A model generated the notes under the pieces. It did not search any database. It was not told the origin of the DNA and was given only the letters and a program-made list of their open reading frames with translations. A DNA stretch of 64,000 bases from Chthoniobacterales bacterium (lineage in GTDB: Bacteria; Verrucomicrobiota; Verrucomicrobiia; Chthoniobacterales; JACTMZ01): contig JAJTYZ010000112.1 in the NCBI GenBank assembly GCA_021463515.1, positions 1,764 to 65,763 of the forward strand, in the 5' to 3' direction. The translations under genes and the position numbers were made by a program. This document shows positions 47,063 through 57,507 of the stretch, piece after piece (position 1 is the first letter of the stretch; each line of letters starts with the position of its first letter).

Positions 47063-47947
47063 ATGAAGAAAACCACCCTCACCCTACTCGCCTCTGCCGC
47101 TTTGGCAGCCACTACTTTCGCCTCAGCTGGTCCTGGCCCTTGGGCCAACTCCACATGGTATCCCGGAAGCCTCGATGGCAAATACCAAGCTGCCGTCTAT
47201 GGCGAAAATATCTCGGGAGTCGTTGGCTTCGCCTTAAGTAGTGGTGCTCCAACTACGGCTACTACGAGCACGCTCAACATGACTAATGGCAGTTCACAAT
47301 CAACCCTTACAGTTAATCCATTCCAAAATTACTACGCCATCTTTGTGGAAGGTCGGACTTACACCGGCATAGCCTTAGCAAATATTAATAATGACAATAG
47401 CTCAATAACGGGGACGCTCATCGGCGCACAACCCGACTACACGCTTGATAGCTTTACCCTCAAAATTAAACAGCCAGCTATTACTAATATTACTCCAACT
47501 GTCACCGTTATTGGCAAAACAAACATAACCACAATAGTGCCAACAGGCTTTTATGTGACAAATGTAGTTTCGCCTGGCCCCCCCCCTGTACTACAAACTA
47601 ATCAGATATTTGAAACCAACACTTCAACGATAGACGTGCTATCCACCAATTACACGACGAATATCACAGCGTCCCCTACCCTCGACAGTGATTATAAAGC
47701 ATTCAATCCGCTTCCTCTTATTAATCGAGGCCTAAATGGTGGATTTCAAGCAAAAATCACAGCAAATACTGCTACCTTCACTTTTGTAGGAAAGGGTAAT
47801 TTGAGTACTCCATCGCAAACTCAGGTTATCAATATCAACAGAGATAACCTTTCGTTCCCTGGTGATATTATTGGAACTCAGGTTCAAACCGACACCATAC
47901 CCTTCATGATCAACGGTCTCCGTGTTTCTTTTACGACATCTCCTTAG
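47063..47947 (+). CDS. Exported Thr/Asn-rich hypothetical protein
   Basis: Signal peptide MKKTTLTLLASAALAATTFA; beta-rich composition. Confidence 0.7.
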   Translation: MKKTTLTLLASAALAATTFASAGPGPWANSTWYPGSLDGKYQAAVYGENISGVVGFALSSGAPTTATTSTLNMTNGSSQSTLTVNPFQNYYAIFVEGRTYTGIALANINNDNSSITGTLIGAQPDYTLDSFTLKIKQPAITNITPTVTVIGKTNITTIVPTGFYVTNVVSPGPPPVLQTNQIFETNTSTIDVLSTNYTTNITASPTLDSDYKAFNPLPLINRGLNGGFQAKITANTATFTFVGKGNLSTPSQTQVININRDNLSFPGDIIGTQVQTDTIPFMINGLRVSFTTSP

Positions 47948-47988
47948 TTTTATTTTAAGAGGTTTTGCAAAATTACGACACCTAAATA

Positions 47989-48549
47989 ATGCCTCGTCAT
48001 CATTTTGCTTTTTATTATCCTCGGAGAATTAAAAGTTTAGGGTTTACGGTTGTCGAATTGCTTGCTGTAATCGCTATCCTGATGCTTCTTGCCGTAGTTA
48101 TAATCCCCAACTACGGACGTTGGATGTCTAGTGCATCACAAGCACGATGCATGGCAAATCTGCGCTCACTCCATGTCGGTGTCGGGGCGTATCTCAACGA
48201 CAATCAAAACATCTGGCCTCAAGGGCCACCACCCGATAGCGGAGCAGAATGGTCAAGATTTTGGATTCAAACGCTTGAGCCCTTTGGAATCACCGGCAAA
48301 ACATGGCAATGCCCTGCTATCGCCTCGATGCTACGCAATTCTGACGGCAAAAAACATGCTTTCTTCGAAGCCTCCATCCACTACATGCCTACGCTGTTTG
48401 ATGCAACACCCGGTATTGCTTACAAATGGCCAACGCAACCTTGGTTCATTGAACGCGCTGATGCTCACGGAAACGGTGCTCTAATTAGCTTTACGGATGG
48501 CTCCATCAAATCATTTAATAAGGTTTTGGCAGAGCAGGGAATACGCTAA
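47989..48549 (+). CDS. Prepilin-type N-terminal cleavage/methylation protein with H-X9-DG C-terminal motif
   Basis: GFTVVELLAVIAIL, CMANLR, HGNGALISFTDG. Confidence 0.88.
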   Translation: MPRHHFAFYYPRRIKSLGFTVVELLAVIAILMLLAVVIIPNYGRWMSSASQARCMANLRSLHVGVGAYLNDNQNIWPQGPPPDSGAEWSRFWIQTLEPFGITGKTWQCPAIASMLRNSDGKKHAFFEASIHYMPTLFDATPGIAYKWPTQPWFIERADAHGNGALISFTDGSIKSFNKVLAEQGIR

Positions 48550-48630
48550 GCAGGGCATCTACCCCTCACTGAAAGTCAATCAATCTAAGATTGACGTCCC
48601 TCCAAAATACGTTAGAGATAAATTATCACC

Positions 48631-49308
48631 GTGTCCGATTCATCCACACCCGAAAAGCCGGCTCCCTCGGAAAAAAAATCTATCGAGTCCACGCGAGAGC
48701 GCATCCTTCAGGCGGCGGAGCGTATTTATGCGGCCAGCGGATTTCATGGTATGTCTCTGCGTGATGTCACGCTGCTCGCCGGTGTCAATTTAGCAGCGGT
48801 CAATTATCATTTTGGCTCGAAGGACAAACTGATCCTCGCGCTCGCAGATCGGCGGCTAACTCCGATCAATGCGGCGCGGCTGGCGCGGCTGGAAAAGCTT
48901 CGCAAAAAACACGCAGACGCCCCCATTCCCATCGCAGACTTGATCGGTGCTTTGGTATCACCGGTTCTTGAAGCTCTCCAACAAGGGAAAAGTACCCGTG
49001 CTATCATGGTCAGATTAGCGGGACAATTGATGACCGATGAACCCCAACGCTTCGCCCATCTCCACCGTATTTTTTACAAGGAAACGCTCGATAAATTTTG
49101 CATTGAATTGGAACGCTCCTTACCTCATCTGACCTCGCACCAAATCCACGCAAGGTTCTTTTGCGTATTCTGCACTGTTTTGGGAATGCGCCTCATGCAC
49201 GAAAGTATGGAGCTTTTCCTCCACGTGCGTACGGAAAGCCGTCAAATCGAACTTCTCGAAACCGAATTGCCAGCCTTTATTCTCGGTGCTTTTACCGCCC
49301 ATGCGTGA
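48631..49308 (+). CDS. TetR/AcrR family regulator
   Basis: TRERILQAA..AGVNLAAVNYHFGSKD. Confidence 0.92.
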   Translation: MSDSSTPEKPAPSEKKSIESTRERILQAAERIYAASGFHGMSLRDVTLLAGVNLAAVNYHFGSKDKLILALADRRLTPINAARLARLEKLRKKHADAPIPIADLIGALVSPVLEALQQGKSTRAIMVRLAGQLMTDEPQRFAHLHRIFYKETLDKFCIELERSLPHLTSHQIHARFFCVFCTVLGMRLMHESMELFLHVRTESRQIELLETELPAFILGAFTAHA

Positions 49309-50251
49309 AGCGCTTCCTCATCCCGAGAGTAATAAAGCAACATCCTCCGAGCACTCACGAAAAGTCCTCATTCTCGGCGCGAAAGGTCGCCTAGGAGCTG
49401 CACTTACCCGAGCCTATGCCAACGATTCCAATGTGATAGCTTGGAGCCGAGAGAAGGCAAACTTTGAAAACCCCAGTGCCGTCGCCGCAGCTGTGCGAAA
49501 ATCCGAAGCAGAGATTGTCATCAACTGCGCGGCACTCACCAATGTGGACACCTGCGAAGAGAAGCAAGAATTGGCGGAAGTAGTGAACGCACGCACTCCT
49601 ACGGCTGTCGCTCAAGCCTGTGCAGAAATAAGAGCACGGATGATTCACATCAGCACCGACTATGTTTTCGATGGAAAGAGCAACGTGCCTTACACCGAGG
49701 ATGACGAAACGGCACCCCTTTCCTGGTATGGCAAAACAAAGCGAGAAGGAGAGTGCAGAGTGCTTGCTGCCGCCGCCAACCATGCTGTCGTACGAGTCTC
49801 CTGGATTTTTGGCCCCGATCGCGATTCTTTCGTGGATAAAGCACTTCAGCTCGCACTGCGCGGAGAACCCATTCGTGCGGTGGCTGACAAATGGAGTTCA
49901 CCCACTTACACGCTCGATGCCGCCGAAGCCCTCCGCGCTCTCTTCGATCCTTTTGCGCCTGGCGGAGTGTATCATTTGAGCAATCACGGCAAATGCAGTT
50001 GGCGCAATTGGGCACAACAGGCGATTGATGCGGCCCTCGCTCTTGGGATTCCCATGAAATCCCGCCACGTGGAACCGCAAAAACTTTCCGAACTTGCCGT
50101 CATGACAGCACCACGCCCAATCCACACCGTTCTGTCCTGCAAACGCCTTGAGGCACTTCTTGGCACGCCGTTACGAGGATGGCAAGAAGCGGTGGCGGAC
50201 TATATTCGACTCCTGCGAGATAGTGGACGACTCCCTGTGAAAGACGCGTAA
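49301..50251 (+). CDS. rfbD: dTDP-4-dehydrorhamnose reductase
   Basis: GAKGRLG, HISTDYVFDG, YGKTK, SPTY, APRP. Confidence 0.9.
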   Translation: MREALPHPESNKATSSEHSRKVLILGAKGRLGAALTRAYANDSNVIAWSREKANFENPSAVAAAVRKSEAEIVINCAALTNVDTCEEKQELAEVVNARTPTAVAQACAEIRARMIHISTDYVFDGKSNVPYTEDDETAPLSWYGKTKREGECRVLAAAANHAVVRVSWIFGPDRDSFVDKALQLALRGEPIRAVADKWSSPTYTLDAAEALRALFDPFAPGGVYHLSNHGKCSWRNWAQQAIDAALALGIPMKSRHVEPQKLSELAVMTAPRPIHTVLSCKRLEALLGTPLRGWQEAVADYIRLLRDSGRLPVKDA

Positions 50252-50332
50252 AAAAGCGGCAGCAGCGTGCCGCGGCTACAAAGCGAGAGAGAAGTATCAG
50301 GTGAATAGTTTCCATCCATGCAATGTGCTTGG

Positions 50333-50401
50333 TCAGGGGGCATGGGCGTCTCGCCCGTGTGCGTTTTTAAATCACAGGCGAGACGCCTGTGCTCCCTGAT
50401 T
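50333..50401. repeat. Inverted pair of family B REP-like palindromes between convergent genes (may act as terminator)
   Basis: tcagggggcatgggcgtctcgcccgtg ... cacaggcgagacgcctgtgctccctga. Confidence 0.8.
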
Positions 50402-51277
50402 TTATCCTTTACGAACTCTCCACGCAATCGCGCCGCGTGGAATCTCGGGAACATTCTCCCCAGGTTCTATAACTAATCGTTCTCCTCGCAATATCTCCAC
50501 ACACACTTGCCGTAAATCACGCGCTGTCCACGCTGCAAAATTGCACGAAACCAAAAGCCAGCCACCACGTTCTAAAAGATTAAAGCAACCGCGCAACGCC
50601 TCCGGCAAATCACGCGTCAGCCGAAACGTATTCCGTCCACCACGCCCAAATGTTGGCGGGTCGAGCACAATCAAATCGAAGGACTCTCCCCGGCGCACAA
50701 GCCGAGGAATAATTTTCATCGCATCCTCCGCAATAAAACGATGACCACTGGAAGTATGGAGGTCATTAAGAGCAAAGTTCTCACGTGCCCGTGCAAGGTG
50801 GCTTTTCGCAGCATCAACGCTCAATGTTTTGCCGCCACCCAATGCCGCACAGACAGAAAAACTTCCTGTGTAGGCAAAAAGATTAAGGGTTCGAGCCGGT
50901 TGAAGGGTACGCACCCAATGACGATTTCTACGTTGATCGAGAAAAAGGCCGGAGGAATAGCCTCCCGCAGGTTCGACATAATAGGCCACGCCCCATTCTT
51001 TCACTCCCAATTTTCCTGGTGTCTCCCCCGCAACAACCTTAGTCGCTTGTTGCCCTGCGGCATCTTTTGACAGCCCACGTGCCAACCATCCCCTCGGCTC
51101 AAAGCCAAAGCGTTCACGAAGCGATTTACGAAAATCCCACGCATCAAGGCGCAATCCGCTCCACACCACCCAATCCCCATAGCGATCCAACCACCCATCC
51201 CTCGCCGTTCCCAGGCGATGGGCCGTCGTTTCCTCTCGCCCAAATTGCTCCCATCGTTCCGTGCTAATCCAATCCAT
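50402..51277 (-). CDS. RlmI/RlmK-like class I SAM rRNA methyltransferase
   Basis: GLFLDQR, LNLFAYTGSFS, IVLDPPTF. Confidence 0.85.
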   Translation of the reverse strand: MDWISTERWEQFGREETTAHRLGTARDGWLDRYGDWVVWSGLRLDAWDFRKSLRERFGFEPRGWLARGLSKDAAGQQATKVVAGETPGKLGVKEWGVAYYVEPAGGYSSGLFLDQRRNRHWVRTLQPARTLNLFAYTGSFSVCAALGGGKTLSVDAAKSHLARARENFALNDLHTSSGHRFIAEDAMKIIPRLVRRGESFDLIVLDPPTFGRGGRNTFRLTRDLPEALRGCFNLLERGGWLLVSCNFAAWTARDLRQVCVEILRGERLVIEPGENVPEIPRGAIAWRVRKG

Positions 51278-51344
51278 AATGTTCGCGCATCATGCCGCAG
51301 TTTTTCCATTCCGCCAAACCGATCATCACGATAACATCCCGTTT

Positions 51345-53708
51345 ATGAATTCCTCCATTTACGAAAAACTTGGGCAATTTTATCTCGGGTGTGAAATGGA
51401 GCCGGATGGCAAACGCTCGGATCGGCCCCTGCTTTACGATTCCCGGGATATGACAACTCACGGCGTTTGCGTGGGAATGACGGGCAGTGGTAAAACCGGG
51501 CTTTGCCTTGCGTTGCTCGAAGAAGCGGCGATGGATGGCATCCCTGCGTTGATTGTGGATCCGAAGGGCGATCTGGGAAATTTGGCTCTCACATTTCCAC
51601 AAATGCGAGGCGAAGATTTTGCGCCATGGATCAATGAGGAAGATGCGCGAAAGGCGGGTGTCAATATGGAAGCCTTTGCGGAGCGCGAAGCAGAAAAATG
51701 GAAAGCGGGTCTCGCGGATTGGGGGCAAACTCCCGAACGCATTGCGGCTCTTCGCGAGAAAGCGGACATTGCAATTTTTACTCCAGGCAGCACAGCGGGG
51801 ATTCCGCTTTCTCTTCTTCGTTCATTTGCCGCGCCGGACAAATCGCTCACTGACGATCCGGAGCTTCTCGCCGAGCGCATTCAAAGCACCACCGCCGGCC
51901 TTCTTGCGCTCCTTGGTATTGATGCCGATCCACTCCGTAGCCGTGAGTACAGTTTGCTCGCCGCCATTCTTCAAGACGCCTGGTCAAAAGAAAATTCTCC
52001 AGACCTTGCCGAACTCATTAGCCTCGTTCAAAACCCACCCTTCGCCACTATTGGGGTACTTGCTCTCGAAGATTTTTTTCCGGCAAAGCAGCGCACAGGT
52101 CTCATTCTCGCTCTCAACAATCTCCTCGCCTCCCCCGGTTTTTCCGCATGGCGCGAAGGGCAGCCTCTCGATATCGCCTCCCTCCTGCACACCTCCACGG
52201 GCAAACCACGCCTCGCTATTTTGAGTATTGCGCATCTCTCCGATGCCGAACGCATGTTTTTCGTCACCACCCTGCTCCAAGAACTCATTGCTTGGATGCG
52301 GCGTCAGCCGGGAACGCCCTCGCTCCGCGCCTTGTTTTACATGGATGAAATTTTTGGCTATCTCCCTCCCATTGCTAATCCGCCTTCCAAAGGCCCGCTG
52401 CTTCTCCTTCTCAAACAGGCTCGCGCCTTCGGCCTCGGCCTCCTTTTTGCCACACAGAATCCAGCCGATCTTGATTATAAAGCTCTCTCCAACTGCGGAA
52501 CATGGTTTATCGGACGCCTCCAAACCGACCGTGACAAACAACGCGTCCTCGAAGGTCTCGAATCCGCAAGCGCGGGTGCCGGAGCAAACCGCACGGCACT
52601 TACGTCGCTGCTTGAGGGGTTAGGCAAACGCATCTTTCTCCTCAACAGCATCCATCTTACCGCCCCCGTTACATTTCAAACACGTTGGACCATGAGCTAC
52701 CTGCGCGGACCGCTCACACGCGATCAAATCCGCACGCTGACAGACCCTATTCGCCCTGCGGTTTCCATCGAAAATGAACCGCCTACCCGCGAAAGGGCTG
52801 CTACTACCGACGATATTGCCACCTCTCCCGAGCCACCAACAGTCGAATCCGGCATCTGGCAACTTGTCACCGACGCCACAGCGACAACGCTCTTTCCATC
52901 TCTCGGCTTTAAAGCCCGTGCCACATTTTCCAGCCGCCGCCCTATCGCTGACGCCACCGCCGATGTTCTCATCAGCATTCCGTTAGGCCCGAAGGATTCT
53001 CCTGCGTGGAAAAACGCTGTTGTCGCCGGATCGTTCGATGCCGCCAAATCTCCTGTTGCTCACGGAGGTGCTCTATTTGCCGACGCTCCCGTTGCCCTTC
53101 TTTCGACAGCATCCCATGGCACATGGAAAATGGACGCCCGACAACAGCTCGAAGACTCTCTTGAAATTACCGTTTTGCGCTTCGATAAAACAATCGGTAC
53201 TCCCTTTGAAAACGAAATAGACTTCCGTCGCCGCCTCGAACAAGGAGCCCGCGAACAACGTGATGCGGAAGTCCATCGCCTCCGCGAAAAATACGCCACC
53301 AAATCTTCGGCGGCTGCGGCAAAAATTGCCCGCCTTCGTGAGACTGTCGCTCAGCAACAATCCCAAGCAACCGCTGCGAAACTTCAAACCGCCATTAGCT
53401 TTGGAACTACGATTCTTGGAGCACTCTTCGGCGGGAAAAAACTCGGTGTGGGCAACATCACCCGCGCCGGAACAGCCGCCCGTGGCGTCACCCGTGTGAT
53501 GAAAGAATCCTCCGATGTCGGCACCGCCCAAGAGCGACTTGCCGCCGCCCAAGCGGACGCCGAGGCCATTGAAAATGAAATCCAATCCCTCCTCGCCAAC
53601 ATCCCTTCACCCTCCGACGTCGCCAGCATTCCCGTGGAAACCCTCCGCCTCAAACTCGCTCCCGCCACCCTCCGCATCGAATCCTCCGGCATCCTCTGGG
53701 TAGGTTAA
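51345..53708 (+). CDS. HerA/FtsK-like ATPase (DUF87/DUF853 type) with C-terminal coiled coil
   Basis: GMTGSGKT, DPKGD, YMDE, KQARAFG, ATQNP. Confidence 0.85.
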   Translation: MNSSIYEKLGQFYLGCEMEPDGKRSDRPLLYDSRDMTTHGVCVGMTGSGKTGLCLALLEEAAMDGIPALIVDPKGDLGNLALTFPQMRGEDFAPWINEEDARKAGVNMEAFAEREAEKWKAGLADWGQTPERIAALREKADIAIFTPGSTAGIPLSLLRSFAAPDKSLTDDPELLAERIQSTTAGLLALLGIDADPLRSREYSLLAAILQDAWSKENSPDLAELISLVQNPPFATIGVLALEDFFPAKQRTGLILALNNLLASPGFSAWREGQPLDIASLLHTSTGKPRLAILSIAHLSDAERMFFVTTLLQELIAWMRRQPGTPSLRALFYMDEIFGYLPPIANPPSKGPLLLLLKQARAFGLGLLFATQNPADLDYKALSNCGTWFIGRLQTDRDKQRVLEGLESASAGAGANRTALTSLLEGLGKRIFLLNSIHLTAPVTFQTRWTMSYLRGPLTRDQIRTLTDPIRPAVSIENEPPTRERAATTDDIATSPEPPTVESGIWQLVTDATATTLFPSLGFKARATFSSRRPIADATADVLISIPLGPKDSPAWKNAVVAGSFDAAKSPVAHGGALFADAPVALLSTASHGTWKMDARQQLEDSLEITVLRFDKTIGTPFENEIDFRRRLEQGAREQRDAEVHRLREKYATKSSAAAAKIARLRETVAQQQSQATAAKLQTAISFGTTILGALFGGKKLGVGNITRAGTAARGVTRVMKESSDVGTAQERLAAAQADAEAIENEIQSLLANIPSPSDVASIPVETLRLKLAPATLRIESSGILWVG

Positions 53709-53766
53709 TGTTCCGCATGTCTTTGATGGGCCAACGTAACGAGGGCATTAACGCCCAGAAAAAAGC

Positions 53767-54030
53767 TCACGGAAAGCCCTCCAAAAGTGCCCGTACCATG
53801 TCACTGGTAACCGGCTCCGCACCCCGATGCGCCTTGGTCACACGAAGTCCCGTCGCTGGATCTGTTATATATTTTTTAACCCGCTTTTGCGGCATTTCTG
53901 GCGTCAGCACCACCGAACCACCATGCACCAAGCACTGAAACCTAGTGCCTGGTGTCAAGTGCAGCCGACTCCGCACTAGCCGTGGCAGGACAACTTAGCC
54001 CTTACGGGAAAGAGTGGTTATCACGCCCAT
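53767..54030 (-). pseudogene. AbrB/MazE-family antitoxin with premature stop
   Basis: MGVITTLSRKG*VVLPRLVRSRLHLTPG; TAA at 53995-53997 replaces Q of the KGQ motif. Confidence 0.75.
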
Positions 54031-54036
54031 GGGACA

Positions 54037-54255
54037 CTATGAGGAGAGTATTAGAAAAATGGTCGCTGGGCCGCCGGGAACCAGTGAGGCAGCTATCCCT
54101 GAATCGAAAGTCGCGAAACGTGTGCCGCACTTAACGGCGAGAGCCAGAAGGTAAAGGTCGGTAAGGTGTTGGGATGCCGGGAGTTTGGGAAAAAATCGGG
54201 GGCCCGAAAGAGAAAGCTCATCCGGCCAGAATTGATGCCCCGGAGCCGCCTTCAT
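54037..54255 (-). pseudogene. VapC/PIN toxin, C-terminal fragment
   Basis: GHQFWPD, HLTDLYLLALA..FATFD; N-terminal D-x-N motif not found. Confidence 0.7.
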
Positions 54256-54468
54256 CGCATTTAAAAGCCTCCGTGCCTCGTCGGTTGATCTCGGACCATA
54301 TGGGGCAATCTATTGCTTTATGGGTAGGGTGCAAGGCTATGATGATGGCATATCCAACTTTCCTCTTGAAATTCTTCGCCTCAAATCTCCCGAGATTTTT
54401 TGAAGGGCCTGACATTTTTTGCAGAGTCCACTGGACGTTGTGAGGCGGGCGGATTAGGGAAGGAGGCT

Positions 54469-55350
54469 ATGAAATCTTTTAAGGCAGAGTGTGTGCTTCC
54501 AGCGCAGGCGATGTTGGGAGAAGGAGCGCGGTGGTTTTCCAACGAACAACGGCTGTATTGGGTGGATATTTTACGCTGTGAAGTTCACCGATTTAATCCG
54601 GCAACTGGACGCGATGAAATGCGAAAGACACCATGTCATGTCTCGATGGTGCAACCAACGACACAGGGCGATTTAGTTTTAGCAACGCGAGATGGCATCG
54701 CCCGTATGGATTTTGAAAGCGGACAGTTTACCCCCCTTAACGATCCAGAAACTGACTTGCCGGGCAATCGTTTTAATGACGGCAAGCCCGACCCACGAGG
54801 GCGGTTGTTTGTGGGATCGTTGGCCTACGATGGCTCCGATAAAATGGCGAACCTCTGGCGTATCGAACCGGATTTGAGTTTTACAAAGCTGATTGACCAT
54901 GTGGGAAATTCCAACGGCCTTGGATGGTCGCCGGATGAAAAAACTTTTTATTGGACGGACACCAAAACAGGCTGTGTCTTTGCCTTCGATTACGATGTGG
55001 CCACGGGAGATATTTACAATCGCCGCATCGCGGTGCAGGTAGATAAAGCCATTGGACGTCCCGATGGATTAGCCGTGGATGAAGAAGGATTTCTTTGGAC
55101 GGCGCTTTGGGCGGGCGGCGGCGTAGCGCGATGGAATCCTGCCACAGGAGCCATGGTCGCCAAGGTGGAATGTCCGGCTCTCAACGTCACGTGCCCGACC
55201 TTTGGCGGCGCGGATTTGGATGTACTTTATTTCACCACAGCACAATTAGGCCGCGAAGGTGCTGTGGCATCGCCAGAGCCCGAAGCAGGAAATCTTTTCG
55301 CGGCCAAAGTCGGTGTCAAAGGGCGTCCGGAATTTTCCTTCGCGGGATGA
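54469..55350 (+). CDS. SMP-30/gluconolactonase/LRE family protein
   Basis: LGEG, RFNDG, NGLGWSPD, PDGLAVD; AGGAGG RBS. Confidence 0.92.
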   Translation: MKSFKAECVLPAQAMLGEGARWFSNEQRLYWVDILRCEVHRFNPATGRDEMRKTPCHVSMVQPTTQGDLVLATRDGIARMDFESGQFTPLNDPETDLPGNRFNDGKPDPRGRLFVGSLAYDGSDKMANLWRIEPDLSFTKLIDHVGNSNGLGWSPDEKTFYWTDTKTGCVFAFDYDVATGDIYNRRIAVQVDKAIGRPDGLAVDEEGFLWTALWAGGGVARWNPATGAMVAKVECPALNVTCPTFGGADLDVLYFTTAQLGREGAVASPEPEAGNLFAAKVGVKGRPEFSFAG

Positions 55351-55569
55351 AATTAAAGGCTTTCTTGGACAACGTAGGCGACTTAATTCCTTCGGTACAC
55401 TTGACCACCCAAGGATCGAAATCGCTAAACTTCGCGCAGAAATAAAGCACCGATCGGGGAGCTGTATAAAAGTAATCTTCCTGCTCTCGCCGGAAAGGAG
55501 ACCCGTGCTATCTCCTACGCAGCCAATACTCCTATCTCATTTATTTCTGAACCGGAGTGGGCGAGATTA

Positions 55570-57507
55570 TTATGCCCGGCGACGGCGGAAGAGGAAAATG
55601 CCCAAGGTTCCACCAAGGGCGAGCAGGGCGACGGTGCCCGGCTCGGGAATGGCGACGGTATCGAGCCAGACGCGATTGGAATCGTAATTGATTTGAAATG
55701 TGTTGCCGCTCAGCACGAAGGTATTTGTAGGAGAAAATGCCCCGCTGTTGACCGTTGCAAAGGTGCCGCTCAGAGTTCCGTTTGTGTAAGTGAGCAAATC
55801 AATGTCTTCACCAAGCGTAGGCGAATATCCAAGCGTCAGCTTAAGGTCTCCGTTCAACGTGACAATCGTTCCTGAGTACCCATTGGTGTTCACTACCGAT
55901 AAGGCATCAAAGGAGCCTCCGGCGAGATGCATCTGGTAGGTGGAACCTGCATCAAGGGTCAAAGTTCCTTCAATTTTGAGGGCATTCGTCGTGGAATGGC
56001 TGGCATCTAGGGTGCCTCCAGCCTGAACCGTGACCGGAGTGTACATCGTGCCTATGTTGACGTTACCACCACTCCATTGAATCCCCCCGCCAACTTCGCC
56101 GCTTCCGGAAAGGGTGGCCCCATCGCGGACATAGAGAGATTGTATCTCCTTTAATTTTCCATCGAGTTTAAACGATCCGCCTTGAATATCCGTCTTCCCG
56201 GCAAAATTCGTTGCACTCCCTGTCCAAACGGCAGCACCAGGCCCCGTTTTGATAACGCCATAATACCGATAAGTTCCACCGGAAGAACCTCTGTTGCCAG
56301 TAAATGTCAAGGTGCCATCGGTGGAATACTGATGGATGTAGATTCCGTTATTTCCAAAACTATCAACGCCAACGGTATAGTCACCAACGCCTTCTTCCAT
56401 TAGAAAGTAGGCACTGTTTATACTATTCGTACCTCCAGACAGTGTTCCAGCACCCTGAATTGTCAGGGATTGGGCCGAGACCGCAGCCGTAAGGGCCTGA
56501 CTTCCGGAAATATAGTAATTTGTATTGGCGTTGCCTCCCGAAGTCGGAAGAGAGTTTGTCGGAACATTACGAGTGACCAGACCTGTGCCCGTATCGCGTG
56601 CTGCAAATCCTGTTTTGGTTCCGTCTGTGACAGTGACTCTTCCCGAAAAACTCGTCGTAAGAAACGAATTCCCGACACCGGTCATTACATTGTTAAGCTT
56701 TAACGCACTATTCGCAGCAGAAAGATCAATGTTTAATGTCTGAGAATAAAACCCTCCTGTTTGAATATTGGTAAAAACCAGCGTTGTTCCATCGCCTCCA
56801 TTGGAATCTACCACAATGCGATTTTCACCCGCATTATTACCCAAGTCAATTTCTCGCCCAACATTGATTGTGGTGGTTCCCGATGCGGCACCGCGGCCTT
56901 CAATCACGGCTCCGGAAGTTTGATTAAAGAGAATCTTGCCTGCGGTGAACGAAGCACCCGCCTCAAGCACAAGTCGGCCGCCGTTTATAGAAAATTGACC
57001 CGTAAAAGTATTGCTCCCCCCTAGGGTCAAAGTGCCTGCGCCAGCTTTGATCAAAGTTTTGGAGGTGGTCTCAGAAATATCTCCCAAGATGGCCAGTTCG
57101 CCCGCAACGACGGTGAACGTACTGTTAGCATTCAGCCTGATATTATTATGAATCTTCTGTACTCCGCTGCTGTAATTGGTGATATTAAGATTAAGATCAA
57201 ATGAATTCCCCCACAGCTCAAAGTCGCTTGCATTAGCCGCAAAAGTCAGCGTTCTTACACTCGTCATCGTTGTATTGGTTGCATCCAACCCGATGGATCC
57301 GGCAAAGATCAAATCTTCATTGGTGTTCGCTGGTGCCGAGCCCCCCACCCAATTTGCACCCGTATTCCAGTTGCCATTGGCACCCCCACCATTCCATGTG
57401 TGCGTGGCCGCATGAGCTGAAGATAAGGCCATGGCAAGACTTACAGCGAGGGGTACGAAGCGAATAAAAGAGTGGAGCGAGTTTTCATGATTGGCAAATT
57501 TAAGCAC
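55570..57507 (-). CDS. PEP-CTERM surface protein with autotransporter-associated beta-strand repeats
   Basis: LIKAGAGTLTLGGSNTFTG repeats; C-terminal IPEPGTVALLALGG..RRRRA. Confidence 0.92.
   Translation of the reverse strand: MLKFANHENSLHSFIRFVPLAVSLAMALSSAHAATHTWNGGGANGNWNTGANWVGGSAPANTNEDLIFAGSIGLDATNTTMTSVRTLTFAANASDFELWGNSFDLNLNITNYSSGVQKIHNNIRLNANSTFTVVAGELAILGDISETTSKTLIKAGAGTLTLGGSNTFTGQFSINGGRLVLEAGASFTAGKILFNQTSGAVIEGRGAASGTTTINVGREIDLGNNAGENRIVVDSNGGDGTTLVFTNIQTGGFYSQTLNIDLSAANSALKLNNVMTGVGNSFLTTSFSGRVTVTDGTKTGFAARDTGTGLVTRNVPTNSLPTSGGNANTNYYISGSQALTAAVSAQSLTIQGAGTLSGGTNSINSAYFLMEEGVGDYTVGVDSFGNNGIYIHQYSTDGTLTFTGNRGSSGGTYRYYGVIKTGPGAAVWTGSATNFAGKTDIQGGSFKLDGKLKEIQSLYVRDGATLSGSGEVGGGIQWSGGNVNIGTMYTPVTVQAGGTLDASHSTTNALKIEGTLTLDAGSTYQMHLAGGSFDALSVVNTNGYSGTIVTLNGDLKLTLGYSPTLGEDIDLLTYTNGTLSGTFATVNSGAFSPTNTFVLSGNTFQINYDSNRVWLDTVAIPEPGTVALLALGGTLGIFLFRRRRA

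Noticed and set aside
29713-53997. Stop-codon reassignment (Q replaced by TAG and by TAA in two genes)
   Set aside because: TAA and TAG terminate many normal genes here; both cases are single C-to-T changes in genes or pairs showing other decay.
55351-55569. Intergenic gap between convergent genes as possible ncRNA or gene remnant
   Set aside because: No recognisable motif, structure or coding signal by eye.
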